64,000 nucleotides of DNA from Vicugna vicugna. Lineage: Eukaryota. The DNA is taken from contig MU058718.1 in NCBI GenBank assembly GCA_013265495.1, positions 3,123,779 to 3,187,778 of the forward strand. Reading direction: 5' to 3'. This document shows positions 1 through 14,420 of the stretch, piece by piece (the stretch's first letter is position 1; each line of letters starts with the position of its first letter). The notes beneath the pieces are model-generated. The model was not told the DNA's origin and made no database searches. It worked only from the letters and a program-made list of their open reading frames with translations. A program made the translations under genes and the position numbers.

Positions 1-2118
1 GCCTGATTCATTCTATGAGGCCAGAATGACCCTAATACCAAAATCTGATTTTTAAAAACTCGCCAAAAATAAATAAATAAGTAAGACCACTATCCCTCAT
101 GTGTACAGACAAAAACTTCTTTACAAACTATTAGCAAATTAAATCCAGCAATATTTAAAAAGAATACTAAATCATGACCAAGTAGATTTTATCTCAGAAT
201 GCAAGGTTGGTTTAACATTTAAAAAAAAACCGAAAAAACAAATGTAATTCACCCCTATAAGCAAGGGAAAAAAAGGAGAAAAACCACATGGTCATTTCAA
301 TAACTGCAGAAAAAGTATGTACAAAATTCAACACCTATTCATGGTTAAAGGCAGAAGAAAGTAAACTTACTGCAAACTGAGAGGTAGAGAATTTCCTCAA
401 ACTGATAAAGATCATCTAAAAAAAACCCCTACAGCTAACATCATACTTAATGGTAAAAGACTGAGTTGTTCCATCCTAGGTTTGGGAACAAAGGAAGAAT
501 ACATCACTTCTATTCAACATTGTACCAGAGGTTCTAGAAATAGGGCCAAAATGAAAAAAAAAAAAAAAAGAGAGAGAGCGGGAGAGAAATTATAAAAGAA
601 GTAAAAGTCCTTGTTTTCAGCTGACATGATGATTTACATAGAAAATCCCAGAGAATCTACAAAATGCCTATTAAAATCAGTAAGTGAATTTAGCAAAGTC
701 ATAGGATACAATGTTGACATATAAACATCTGTATTTATATACTGATAGCTAATGATTTAAAAATAAACTTTTAAAAAATTGAATTTTTAGTAGCACCAAA
801 AAACCAAAATTGGAGTAAATCTACCAAAATATTTCTAAGACCTTTACACTGAAACTATAAAATCACTGCTGACAACAATTAAAGAAGACTGAAATGGAGA
901 GTATATATGATATTCATGGATTTGAAGACTGAACACAGTTATTATGGCAGCAATTATCCCCAAATTGATTTTTAGATCCAATGAAATCCTTATCAAAATC
1001 CCAGCAAACTATTTTGCAGAAATTGCCAAACCAATTACAACATTTACATAGAATTGCAAAGAACCTAGAATAACCAAAGCAATTTTTAGAAAAGAAGAAC
1101 AAAGTTGGAGTATATAGCTTTCTTAATTTTAAGAATTACTACAGAGCTACAGTAGTAGTAACAGTTTTATACTGGCAAAAAGACAGACACATAGATCAAA
1201 TTAAAAATTTCTGCTCTTTGAAAAAAAAGAATTAAAATACCCACATGCAAGAAAATATTTACAACCCATATAAAAGACTTGTATCCAAAATATATAAAGA
1301 ATTCTTATAAATCAATAGTAAGAAGACCTACTTTTAAAAGTGGGTAAAAGATTTGAACAAACATTTCACTGAAAATGATATTCAAATACACAGTAAGCCC
1401 ACGGAAAGCTGCTCAACATCATTATTCATCAGGAAAATGAAAATCAAAACTACAATGAAGTTTTATATATCTCATTAGAATGAATGAAATTAAAAAGGCT
1501 GACCATATCTAGTGGAACTCCTGGAACTCTTACACTGCTGGTGGAATGTAAAATGGTACAACTATTCTGGAAAACAGTTTGATCATTTCTTGGAAAGTTA
1601 AACATACACCTATCATACAACCAGCCATCCCACTCTTTGATATTTCAAAAACATGTGCCTATACAAAGGCTTATACATATTCATTGCAAGTTTTTTTGGT
1701 AATTGCCCCAAACTAGAAACAACCCAAGTGTCTACTGATATGTGAATAGGTAAACAAATTGTGGATATCCACCTAATATCCATGCAACATCACCAATGAC
1801 TCTAAAATTACCATACTGAGTGAAAGAAGCCAGACCAAAAAAGAGTGCTTGTATGACTCCATTTACTTAGAATTCTAGAAAGTGCAAGTTAACTTATAGT
1901 TTCAGTAAAAATAACCATAGTTACCTGAAGATGGAGGTAGAAAGAAGAATGGAATTACAAAAGAGTAGGAGGAAACATTCAGGACTGATAGAAATACACA
2001 TTTTCTTGATTGTCATGACAATTTCATGTGTGCATACAAATTTCAAAACAAATCAAATTGTACATTTTAAATATGTGTACTGATTGTTCATCAGTCATAG
2101 TTCAATAAATTTATAACA
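1..2118 (+). mobile_element. Old L1 (L1M-type): degraded ORF2 and 3' end
   Basis: Recognisable ORF2 segments (ttctatgaggccag...ctaataccaaaa; gacatgatgatttacatagaaaatcc) and a 3'UTR ending ttcaataaa. Confidence 0.85.
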
Positions 2119-2829
2119 AAACAGAAGCACAACCAGAAACAACCATTCTGGTGGGTCAAAAATAAAAATAGCATTTTTTTCTTTTTCACACATGACAACA
2201 ACTGTGTTAATTCTCTAAGAATGTTAATTGTATTTTCCTCCTATTTTCCATCTGTTCCTTACATTGTCTTCTTTCCTTCAGGTTTTTTTTCTTTTTGTTT
2301 ATTTCCATTTCTTTCTTTTTTTTTGTTAATATTGAGTCATTCTTTTAATTTCAGGTGGTTCTTGGTTGATTGGAAGCTTTATGTGTATAGCAGGGGATGA
2401 GCTTGGTCACAGGTAGATTTCATCATTGGATGATCCAGCAAAGATCTAGCTTTTTTGTTGGTGGACTCCTAAATTTCAGTTTCTGCAGGCCATTTCTCTT
2501 GGCCTTGTTTGTTTCCCGACAGAGGATTCCTCCAGCCTCCTGCTCAGGGATGTAAGCATTCTGGGGTCAAGCTGGGTAAGATGGTAAGATCTATTGCTGT
2601 TCTTCCTTCTTATTTACAGACCCCCTACCTCACTACCACCCTGGGTTCTGTCTGAAGACCCCAAGTTCAGAGCCCCTCAGATAACACCTCTTGAGGTAGG
2701 ATCCCCGCCTATGACTATGACGTGGAAGGCTAGGTGCACCGGCTAAGGGAGGGGTAGTTTTTTGGTAATACATTCCAGCTCTACCCCAATCCCTGCCTTC
2801 AGATAAACCTGACTCTTCAATCTCTAGCT

Positions 2830-3015
2830 TTTCTTTTTTTTTTTTTATATTCTTTTTTTTTTTTGAAGTGCAGTCAGTTTACAATGTTAGTTTCAGGTGT
2901 ACAGCAAAGCGATTCAGTTATACATATACATACATATATATTCCTTTTTTTTATAGATCCTTTTCCATTACAGCTCATTATAAGAAATTGAATATACTGC
3001 TGTGCTATGCAGTAG
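2830..3015 (-). mobile_element. Short L1 3' end (camelid/artiodactyl type)
   Basis: Poly-T followed by gaagtgcagtcagtttacaatgttagtttcaggtgtacagcaaagcgattcag. Confidence 0.8.
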
Positions 3016-4289
3016 CCTTCCTGAAATTCTCTAGCACAAATTATCCGGCTTTCAGGACACATTCTGCTTTCTCTGTTCCAAGCTAGATACCACTTCACCT
3101 GTTTTCTGTCATCCAAAAATGTATCTTCTCTACTGTTTTTTCTTTTCCTGTTGTCATTGTACTGGGTTTAGAAACATTTGATTCCTTCACTGTCAGAAAA
3201 GTTGAGGTTTTTGGTTGGAGCAGAGATAAATATGAAGAGTAAAATTGTTCTCTCTAAAACCCCAAGGGAAAAATGATGACTGCATTTTAATATTGAAGTA
3301 CAAAAGGTTATTACAGGCAATGAATCCATACATCCTCCACGAAGGCCTCCCACGTGTCCGGCGGGGCACTAGGTGCTAACAGCCCAGAGGCCTGTCTCCA
3401 CACAGTGTGCCCACTGGGACTCCTCACGAATACCTGCTTTGAGGCCATTCTTAAGAGTTTCTGGCACTGTCAACAGCACGTCCTGTTTCAGGGTCTCCCT
3501 AGAGACTCCTGGGATCTTTCCTGTGGTTTCATTCTGGGCATTTATTTTTAATGTGGAAACAGCATGGCTTTCAGAGGCAGAAGAAATACTCCCAGTCAAT
3601 ACTGCAGTGTTATTATTTAGTAAACAGCTAACAGAATGGAATTGAGAAAATTCATGGAGAAGAGAGCAAAATATTCTAGTGAATCTGCTTGAAATGCAAT
3701 AGGAAAAGTATGTAAACATGGCAATACTAGCTTCATTTTTATAACCACCTAACAAGGTAGTTTAGTACTGTCAGAACACATATTATGCACAAGGAAATGA
3801 AGCTACCGAGTGATTAAGCTAGTTGCCCAATGTCACACAACAAGTCACGGCAGAGATAGGACTGGAACTCTTGGCCTCTGTGTTTTCAGCTTGTTTCTTC
3901 ACCTCTGAGTCATTCTTTCTATTTCTTTTAAAGAGACCAAAGAAGGTTACACTGATAAACGAAATACAGAATGGCCCAAGACCAAGCTTTTCCTCATCTA
4001 TAGGCACATTGTTCTGATGAAGCAATTCAGAAAACACACACACTGATATCCAGCGGTAACCTTCACCTCTCAGTTACCAGGAACCAGGTAGGTGGGGTCT
4101 ACCCACTTGATCTCAATGAAAAATTGCTGCACAAAAGCCCAGCAGAAGGGGAAAGCCCCAGCCCAAAGCCCCAAATTCAGGAAGAATTCACCTCCTCCAG
4201 AAGCCAGTTTAAGCAGGCACATGCCTGGGAAAATCCACACCAAAGGAAGAGCTGCTGAGTGAGATAATCCACACTCTTATCATTCTTAT

Positions 4290-4900
4290 TGCTGACAAGG
4301 GTCCTACTCATACGTTAGCTCATTTGCACTCACAACAACCCCGAGAGGCAGGTATCACTAACACCAAACCCTTTAGAGAAGAGAAGAGGACCCTGAGGCT
4401 CAGTGATGTCACATGACTGTTTTGATCACATACTTAGTAAATGGCAGGGCCAGGCCCAGAGCCCAAGTCATCTGGACTCAAATCCCATGTGCTTCTCCAA
4501 CACCCCATGGGGAGAGGTCTGTGACATCTGTTCCATTGGTTTGTGATGTTCCCTACCTTCCTTCCTCCCTCCCTCCCTTCCTGCCTTCCTTCCTCTTCCC
4601 CTCCCTCCTTCCCCACCTCCATCACTTCCTTCCTTCCTCCTAGTCTTTTCAAAAGAATTCCTTCTGATAAGTTTTATCATAAGAAGAACAGCTAGTATGT
4701 TTGCTGTGTTCAGGAGCTGTGTGTGTTAGGCACCTTACATGGATTTGCTCCTTACTATTATCATCTCAAAAATGTAGATGAGAAAACTTAGATGCTGAAA
4801 GGGAAGTGACTCAAACTAGATCACCAGCTAGTAAGATGTAAAGTCTAGGATTTAAACCCAGGCAGTCTGACTTGGGAGTTGACACTTGTCAACTCATCAC
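4290..4900 (+). mobile_element. MIR fragments flanking a CT-rich simple repeat (4553-4640)
   Basis: MIR-like cores (ctcacaacaacccc; gatgagaaaact; ggatttaaacccaggcagtctgac). Confidence 0.6.
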
Positions 4901-5826
4901 TAGCTTGCTTTCCTTTAATGCAAAATGAGAAGGAAAAAAAAAAAAACAGCTTGATTTTTATATTGACCAGCAATTTGTGATAGGCGGAGTTTTTAGGAAA
5001 ACTCAGTTCTTATCTGCTGGAGGCCTCACCAATATTATGGATGAGCCCTTTCTTTGAGCTAGATCTAGATTTCATTTTTTGTGACAAATCAGGGGGAAAA
5101 AAGATTTTGTAGTTCCTTTGATTTCTCATCTAGTACAGCACTAAATGACATGTAGACACTATCCACACTGGCTTCGGTGCTTGACTGGTGAGATTTCTTC
5201 ATCATATGATATGTCTGAGCAGTTCTGGTCTCTGTTATGGGGATATGAACACAAAGGAAATAGCCTTTGACCCACAGCTGAACTCTATGGACACAGCTGG
5301 CAATAGGTTTCAGAGTGGGAAGTTTTTTGACATCTTTTATTACTTCCTCTGGGGAGAAATTACAGGCAGAGGCAGCATCTAATCATAATTCATCTAATCA
5401 CAATTCCATTGTCTCAATGCAGGCAAGGTCCACAGTCAAGCACCTTGCTATATTCTAAAAGCAAAAATAAGACAACAAGCAACTGTAATTCCTGGACTGA
5501 GAGATTTCTCATAGAAATTCTTTGAACAATGCAAGTCCCAATTGTTGCAATAGGTGTGCTTTATCTTTCTGGGAAAGGAATACACAGATCTTGTGTGGCT
5601 TAACTTAAATACACATGCCTGTTGTCAAAATTTGCCAATCCCATTGGTTTCCCATGAGAAAGAGGGAAAAAATCATTATACAGCATTAGGGAACTTTGGT
5701 CCTGTTAAAGAAATTTGACCAAGGGGGTTCCACTAACTTTCATGCAAACTATGTCTGGGGAAGGATTTGTTTTTTCCTCCCAATATATCATGAACAAATA
5801 CTTTTACTGTTAAAAATAAGTTAATG

Positions 5827-6215
5827 TTTTGTAAATAAGTTCATTTGTGTAATTTTTTTTTAAGATTCCACATATAAGTGATATCATATGGTACTTTTCT
5901 TTCTCTTTCTGGGTAAACAGAATCACAGACATGGAAAACAAACTTATGGTTACCAGAAGGGGAAAGGGGTTAGAAGGGGTAAATTGGGAGTTCAAGATTT
6001 GCAGATACTAAGTACTACATATAAAATAGATAAACAACAAGTTCATACTGTATAGCACAGGGAACTATATTCAATACCTTGTAGTAAACTATAATGAAAA
6101 AGAATATATGTATGTACATGTATGACTGAGACATCATGCTGTACGCCAGAAATTGACACAACATTGTAAACTGACTATACTTCAATTAAAAATATTTTAA
6201 AATAAAAATAAAAAT
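5827..6215 (+). mobile_element. 5'-inverted camelid L1 3' fragment inserted into a hAT-Charlie-like fossil
   Basis: 5827-5911 is the reverse complement of the L1 segment directly upstream of the sense part 5912-6215, which ends in an A-rich tail. Confidence 0.8.
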
Positions 6216-7587
6216 AATGAATTACTAGAAAAACCAAATGAAAAAGTAACAGACAATATACATAGCACAGTTTTTTAAAAATATAATCACTTTATCATAT
6301 TGCCATAAAGGTTTTTAAATGTTTAATTCTCAATTTCTGTACTTATCACAGACTGCTAACCCACACCTCCTGGGCCTGCGTTGGTCAGAGGACTGCACTT
6401 TGAATACTACCAGTTAGAACATGTTCAGGATATTGCTCTTACTTCTAAATTTACTGACTTCTTGAAATCAACCCATTGTTTCCCTAAAAGTAGTTGGATA
6501 TATGGTGGTCCAACATCCTTCACCAGCTTTAAAACTCTGCATTGCTTTTTCTAGAAAGCTTTTTAACAATGTGTATCAAGAACCACAAAATATTCATTCT
6601 TGACCCAGAAATTACACGTCTATGAATCTACCCTAAGGAAATAGTATCACTTATGCAGAGAGGTGTTAATTGCAGTTTTATTGAATAGAGTCAAGATTGG
6701 GAACAGCACAAAGCCCCCAAATGGGGGAACTGTGAAGCAAATTATGTTCCATGCTGCCCAGAGAAGCTTCTCCTACATGTTAGACCATGTCGAGTTCCCC
6801 GTGTATCCCGCCTCGTGATCCCTATTCTATTTCCTTTGTGGCAGTATTATAATTAATTAAACATCTGTGTAATTATTTAGTGACTTCTAGTACTAAGCCC
6901 TATTTCTAGCCCTATTGTTTTCTCCAACGCATCCCCAACACATGTGACAGTTTCTGGCATATAGTAGCTGTTCAATAAATATTTTTTGAATGAGTGAACA
7001 CAAGATGTGTGAATAAATTCTGATGACAGGACAAGATTCTCATGATACAAGACTGAGTGAAAAAGCTGGGATGTCAGATTGTATTAACAGACATACAAGA
7101 GTACGTAAGGTACCTAAGGTCTTCTTAGGTACCCTCTTATGCTGGTTGGCAAGAACTTGCTAGAATTGTGTCAGAAAAGCTAAAGATCAGCATTATCTGA
7201 GACTTGTGAAAAAACATTAGCGTCAGCCATTGCTTTTTTAAGGTGTGTTTGAAACAAGGAGGAAAGCAAAGAACTCTGCTTGGGAAAGTTGGTGTAGTGA
7301 CAACGGAGGGAAGAGAGAAAACAGAAGGGCCCAGTGACTTTCCTCCTTGTGTGCTAGTTCACAAGGGAGCCCCGCGTTCAGTCTGAAGAGGGCAGAGCAA
7401 GCAGTGCCAAGAGGGGCCGTCCCTTCCAGACTGGCCCTGGCCCAGGGAGCTAGCGAGAGATGGCCCCGTCACTGCCAGTGGCCTCAAGAATCCACGCCTG
7501 CATGAACTGGATTCCAGGGCCTCAAGGATCTCAGAATTAAGGACAGTCATCTTTGAGAGATTACAAGAAGCAGAAAAATAATAATGG

Positions 7588-7846
7588 GGGGTGGGAAGGG
7601 ATAAATGGGGAGTTAGATATTTGCAAATATTAACTACTATATATAACTATATATAAAACAGAAACAGGTTTCTTCTGTATAGCACAGGGAACTATATTCA
7701 ATATCTTGTAGTCACCTATGATGAAAAAGAATATGAAAATGAATATATGTATGTATATGTATGACTGAAACATTATGCTGTACACCAGAAATTGGCACAA
7801 CATTGTAAACTGACTATAATACAATCTAAAAAAACTGAAAAACAAA
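7588..7846 (+). mobile_element. Camelid L1 3' end with TSD
   Basis: TSD agaaaaataataa(t/c)gg at 7572 and 7847, typical 3'UTR. Confidence 0.9.
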
Positions 7847-10800
7847 AGAAAAATAATAACGGAAGACTGAGGAGGGTAAGGAATTGTCAGAGAAAGAAAT
7901 GTTTGTTTTCTGTTGCCACAGAGAACCGAAGCAAAACCAATAGATTTCAGGTATAAATAAATAGATACAAGTGTCAGTGTAAGGGAGGGAAGTATTTAAC
8001 CTGCTACCTGCACCATTCAGTACTTCCCTACATTGTCTTGTGCACCTCAGACGCTCTGTGACCTGCAGAGATGATGAAGGAGGGCTGGTGTGAGGTGTTT
8101 ATCAGAAGACCTCTGCCATCCTTGCTAAGTGAAGGAAGCTCTTCCATTCTCTCTGGCAGCCCTAGCTACAAAGCCACAACCATGGTCTCAGAACCACTGA
8201 GCTTGAGCATTTCAGTAGCACACCTCTTCATTTCCATCACCAGTCCTCTGTGCAGCTTAAAACAGCTGCAGACATCTTAAGAAAAAAAACAAGAATACAT
8301 AACGGCTTGTGAATCAAAATTCATACTGGGGGTGGTTGCTCTGGGCACAACTGGACACTACGTGATTCACCCTTTGCTCACCTCCACACCAGTTCAAGTG
8401 AAGGAATCAGTACGTAGACTAGAACACAGTCCAGGCTCCCTTTCAGTTCTTCTTCTTCTGTTGTTTTTTTTTTTATTGCTTATCTTCTAGGTTTCCTAAT
8501 TATAAATAATCAATCATCCAATTGGTTCTGGACTTGCATCACTAATGGTTTGGAAAGATAATACTGTGGTATTGACTGAGTTTAGAAAGACCAAGGAAGA
8601 ACTGTCTCCCTATCTTCAAAAGACTTGTCCATTTAAAACACACCAGAAAAAAAAAAAAAACCCTCGAGATACCAGGCAGTTTAGACTGAAGATACTAAAA
8701 GCTTGCAGATAAGATGCATAATCTCAGAACCTTCCATGAAAACTGTGAAAATGCTATCAGGATCATCTCCAGAAAATGCAGTTTACTGTGGAAATCTAAT
8801 CAGTCATTTGGCAAACATTTCCCTGGACAGATAAGAGATTAGAGTCGGAGTGGGAGGGTGGGAAATGGGCCATGCAAGAAAGAAGGCCAATGAGTTACCC
8901 GTATTGATTATACCAACACAGCTCTCTTCTACTCTTCAAAAATTATTAAAAATTACAACATAGGAAGCAAAACAGGTCAAAGAGTGAGCAGCTGAATTTT
9001 AGAAACAAAGGAATCAATTTACTCACACGGAGTGCAAGTCTGCTTTTTACCCACTTTATCTAGCCCACATTCCAAGGCACCTTGGAAAGGTCAGTAAACA
9101 ATCATGTCAGAACCCAAGCATATCTCAGAACAAGCCCAGACCGAACTTTCAAGGCCCTCTGAGGCTACATGAGTCCATGATTTATAAACATTCACTATTT
9201 CGTCCGTTTGTCAATAAACATCAATAAGCATCTGTTCCATGTTAAAGCATTCATGCTGTTTATAACTCAGCCATTTTGCCCCGTCAACAGCTCCCGTAAG
9301 GAATATTGTTTTACCCACGGACTGGGGCCTTCATCCCATTACAGCAAGGGGCTACCTGCCCAGTTCCTAACACCTGGAGCCTACTCTACAACCAGGCATC
9401 TTATAAAGCACAATTCAGTTGTGACATTGAAGAATGATGGATGTTCAGGAAGCCCATCTGCAGGGTAGAAATTGGGGAACATTTTTTTTTTTTTACTCTT
9501 TGCCACCTCATTAGCTTCAAGTGGAAAATATAAGGTTCCCAAAGTGCTTTAATAAACATAGTACAAAGCAAAGGCCTGAAGTTACAGGGACTGTAACTTG
9601 TCACATCTGTGTACTTTGTCAACCACTGCACCTGCCTTTCTGTCATGTTTTTCCCTAGTCATCATACACTTGAAGATTTACAGTCTTTTTAAAAAATTGC
9701 CTCTGTAGGTTTTCAGTTATTATTATAGTCAGAACTCTTATGGTACACCACTTGTCTATTTGTGAAGGTTCCAAAGGGGTTTAGCTCGTTCATTTTTGCA
9801 GTTTTGACAGGCAACTGCTATTATCAAGTGGAGGAATGTTATATACATAGTCTGTATGGATCTTTTCACTGTGGGAGAGGAATCTGGGGAACTGCAGTCC
9901 AGAGAAGTCAAGTGACTTGCCTCAGATCACACAGCATGTTAGAGGCAGAGTGGGGCCTAGGAAGTCAGCTCTCCAGATCCCATGTCCAGATTGCTTCCTA
10001 TTTCAACTATATTTCTAGTGTTTTATACTCATTTATTAAGTTTGAATTATGTTTATATATCTGAAGTTTATTTACAAATTTTTTAATTGAGGCATTTTGA
10101 TGCTTCAGTTCAGACCTTTTTTTTTTCCTCATTCATTGGAATTAGTGAAGCTTTCTGTACATTTGTATCTGAATTTGTGGTCCCTCTAGAAACTGACCTC
10201 CTTCAATAAAGCCAGTCAGTTTATCACTGTGCTATTCCTTAGAGCAGGACAGAAAGCGTCCCAGGCATCCTTTCAGCAGACAGTCCCCCTCCCTCCAGGA
10301 GTGAGGCCCAGCCATGAGTCTCCTGAAGCAGGACATGTGAGGCTGGCAGAGGCCCAGCAGGGCCCTGGAGAGTAGGATGAGCTGGAATTCCAGAATACAG
10401 TCAGCTTGCAGAGAGGCGAAGATGAGAGCCACGGGAGGCGGAGGAGGAGAAAGGAGGGACCCTGGTGGGAAGGGAAAGAAGTAGCAGGTGCCCTAAGGCA
10501 TAGTCAGGAGAGAAATAAAGAAGGAAAGACAGGACAGACTGGCTGCATCAAGGCAGGCCAGAGGCCAGCGTTCAGGGGAGTCAGGTCACCTGGGACACAC
10601 CCCATGACTCCAGGAGCCTGGGGAACAGGAGGCAGAGGATCTGTGCCTGGAGTCAGGGACCGTGTCTGCCCTGCTCACTTGGGCCCCCGTGCCCAGTGCC
10701 CAGCTCACAGCAGGTCTTCAGATACTGGGGGCAAGAGAAGAGGGATGGAGAGGGTTCAGGAACCCAAGCCAGAGAGTCTGGTTATTTAGGGGCTGTGATC

Positions 10801-11905
10801 CAAAAGTTGGGATAACAGCAAAAACAGCATGAAAGTGAATCAAGACCCCTGGGAAACAGCACACACTTCTCCCCAGAGTTAGAAAAGTGGGAGGCGAGTT
10901 CACGGCCAAAGGCAGGAAGGAGACAACAGGACAGGAGAGACTGGAGGACGTGGAGGGAGAGTAAAGAATAATTTTTATTTGTACTGACTATCTATGGAAA
11001 CCTCCTTTTTCTACCACCATATCCCCAAAATAAAACACTTTTGATTAAAAAAATATGTTGTTGTTAACTGTGTCACATTGATAGTAGCATTTATTCCACT
11101 TTGGCTGGCCTCGGGCCTCATTCAGAAATGGCTTATGCAATCTGTAAATACTCCCATAGGGTGGTGAGCTGGGCCGAAATAAACACCCACCCAGAGCCCC
11201 CTCAAACCTAGTGCTTCCAAAAGCTTTTTATCAAGAAACGGCTTCCCTCCTTGACTCCCTAGCTTACATGTCTGCAGACACAGCCCGACCAGGCATCAGC
11301 CTGTTTCCTGCTGTTCTGGAAAGTGACAGGTCCATCAGGCCCCAGCCTGAGACCTCGCCTGAGTTTTCAGCCCTATCTTCCCCCTGAAGACAAGGCCTCT
11401 GTGGGCCTTTCACATCTTTGCATTGACCTGGCTCTGACAAAGAGGCCCAACCTTGAGGATGGATGAGAGAGCTCAGATTCCTCTACCTCTCCCTGACATT
11501 CTACCCCCAGCGGGATTCCCAGACCTGTGCTTTTCCTTTAATTCCCCCAAATCCTGAGACTCTTAATGCTGAGCTTGCCAATCTCTGAAGCAGTTCCCTG
11601 CTCCTGGGCCCCAGACTAAGTCACCTGACCCTATTTAAAGAAGTTGAATGACTCATCCAAGATCATCCAGATGGATAAAAACAAAACTCAGAGCTATGAA
11701 TGCTGGTATAGTGTCAGGCACAGGCTAGCACTCAGTTGATAAATAAACATTTGAGAAAATTAAAATTGTCCTACAGATACAAAAATTTATAAAACACAGT
11801 ATAAAATAAAGTATAAAAGGTCAAGGAGGTTATGGATTTTAAAAAGTCAGCTCAATGATCAGAGCAGTCAGATAGAATTATTGAAAGATCAGTAGTAGTG
11901 CCTTA

Positions 11906-12565
11906 CAATAGAAATAAAAGCAAAAATAAACAAATGGGACCTAATCAAACTTATAAGCTTTTGCACAGCAAAGGAAACCATAAACATAATGAAAGGACAA
12001 CCTACAGACTGGGAGAAAATATTTGCAAATGATGCAACTGACAAGGGCTTAATCTCTATAATATACAAACAACTTGTATAATTCAATAACAAGAAACAAA
12101 CAACCCACTCAAAAAATGGGCAGAAGACTTAAATAGACATTTCCCCAAAGAAGACATCCAGATGGCCAAGAGGATCATGAAAAGATGCTCAGTACTGCTA
12201 GTTATCAGAGAAATGCAAATCAGAACTACAATGAGGTATTACCTCACACTGGTCAGGATGGCATCATTTAAAAGTCCACAAATGATAAATGCTGGAGAAG
12301 CTGTGGAGAAAAGGGAACCCTTCTACACTGTTGGTGGGAATGTAATTTGGTGCAGCCACTATGAAAAACAGTATGGAGATTTCTTTAAAAACTAAAAACA
12401 GACCTACCATATGATACAGCAATCACACTCCTTGGCATATATCTGGAGAAAACTTTAATTCAAAAAGATACATGTACCCCAATATTCACAGCAGCACTAT
12501 ATACATAGCCAAGACATGGAAACAATCTAAATGTCCATCAACAGATATTAGATGAAGAAATTGTG

Positions 12566-12598
<33 letters not shown>

Positions 12599-13103
12599 AA
12601 TACTACTCAGCCATAAAAAAGAGTCAAATAATGCCATTTGCAGCAACGTAGATGGACCTAGATTATCATACTAAGTGGAGTCAGACAGAAAGAGACAAAT
12701 ATCATATGATATTACTTATATGTTGAATCTAAAAAATGATACAAATGAACTTATTTACAAAACAGAAATAGACATAAAAACAAACTCACAGACATAAAAA
12801 ATAAACTTAGGGTTACCAAAGAGGAAAGGTGGGGAGGAATAAATTAGGAGTTTGGGATTAACAGATACAATCACTATACATAAAACAGATAAACACCAAG
12901 GTCCTATTATACAGTACAGGAACTATATTCAATATCTTGTAATAATTTATAATAAAAATATATATATTCATATATATGTACATATATAAAAAACTGAATA
13001 TATATATAAAATGAATATATATATATATATAAAACTGAACCACTATGCTGTACACTGGAAACTAACACAACACTGTAAATCAACTATACATCAATTTTTG
13101 AAA
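11906..13103 (+). mobile_element. 5'-truncated L1 (ORF2 C-terminus and 3'UTR) with internal (CA)n at 12568-12596
   Basis: Degenerate ORF2 peptide in ORF track 12162..12395. Imperfect TSD ending gtgcctta on both sides. Confidence 0.9.
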
Positions 13104-14189
13104 ATAATGGTGCCTTAAAAAGCCACTTCTTTGGAAATGGAGAGAAAGAACTAGAACAGTATTGCTTAAACTATGTTCTGTGGGATCCTAATAGTCTTGG
13201 GATTGACTAGCGTGCCTTGACAAAGCAGTGGCATGACCAGGTTAGCTTAGGGTGCTAACCTCCTCTTCGGTAGTCACAATGCATCTAAGCATATTTCAAG
13301 TTCTAAAAAGTTGTATAGTAAAGAAGCCCATTACATTTGATTAATCCTAATCTTTCCTAAACTTACTTGACCACTACTCTCTTCTTCTAGAGAATACTTC
13401 TTTGTTCTGAAAACACTAGGAAATTCTGAGCCAGATTTAGTTAATAGGTTTATTTAACTCCTGACTTTTTAATTCAATTACTAGCTAGAATGAAGCAGGC
13501 CCCTGGCTTTACACAGTTCACTGGATGATCATAAACCTTGTGTCATTCGAGAGTCTCTGATGTATGCCCTGCATTGAAATGCATCCTCATTCAGTGCCTT
13601 TTTTTTTTTTAATTTCCAGGATTTCATAAAAGGATAGGAGAGTAGTCACATCACTTCAAAATGCTTTCCTTTGAAATCCATCAGTCACAGCTTGGGCATA
13701 CTCTGGACTCCAGAGGGGGAGCTATAGCTGCTCCGGGAGAATTCGTGTCCAAAAGCACACCTTTGCAGGGAGTCATAACATCCCAGGCCCACGACATCTG
13801 ACTACTGGGCTAAACCTAGGGGTGGCTTCAGGAGGGTGGGCAGTGCCCCCGGCCACAAGCGCCACTGTAGTGGAGCTGGGATTAGAACTCGGGTCTCTTG
13901 GTGTCTCTGCCGGGAAGATTTTCTCGTCCTGGAATTATCTCCTTTTCTCAGAGTGATGGACTCCAGTCCTCTTTATCCTGGAAACCACAATGGAAAGACG
14001 AGAAGGAAATATGCCAAAATATGACCACTGCTTGACATAGAGGTGATATTTTGGTCTCAGTTCTATTTTTCTGCATTGACCAAAATGTCTACAAAGCGCA
14101 TATATTGCTTATATGGCAGGGAAAAAAAAAACTATTTTTAAGATGAAAAAAAAAAAAGCAGCAGCAGCAGCAGAAGGTAAAGTCCATAC

Positions 14190-14210
14190 CCTGGAAAGCA
14201 TCAACCACAT
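14190..14210 (-). CDS. Candidate alternative first coding exon (MWLMLSR, phase 0)
   Basis: gggagccATG Kozak context, 7 codons, then AGG|gtatgg. Downstream of a CpG-rich patch with a GC box. Confidence 0.35.
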
Positions 14211-14420
14211 GGCTCCCGGTCGTTGATCAGAATAAGCAGAACTGGGGAAATGTCACGGCATCTCCCTGTGACACTTCCCTGGGGGAGGCGCCAGGCTGTG
14301 AGCAAGGATGACTCACAGCGGCAGCGTGGGGACTGCCCTGCTGACTGCGGGCGGGGCGTCGGCTCCCGCTGACCGGCTTCATGCCGCTGTGGCTTCATGC
14401 AGACTGGTGGGGGGCAGAGC
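14210..14420 (-). promoter_or_regulatory. CpG-enriched promoter/enhancer-like patch
   Basis: Local CpG retention, GC box GGGCGGGGCG near 14349-14358, AP-1 site TGACTCA near 14309. Confidence 0.45.

Noticed and set aside
3369..3755. 128-aa minus-strand ORF with protein-like composition
   Set aside because: No credible acceptor/donor pair or family similarity; cannot be linked to the exon chain.
8008..8275. Minus-strand acceptors near 8062 and 8275 as a possible shared exon 2
   Set aside because: Weak donor (gtagca) or early stops, and no recognisable peptide.
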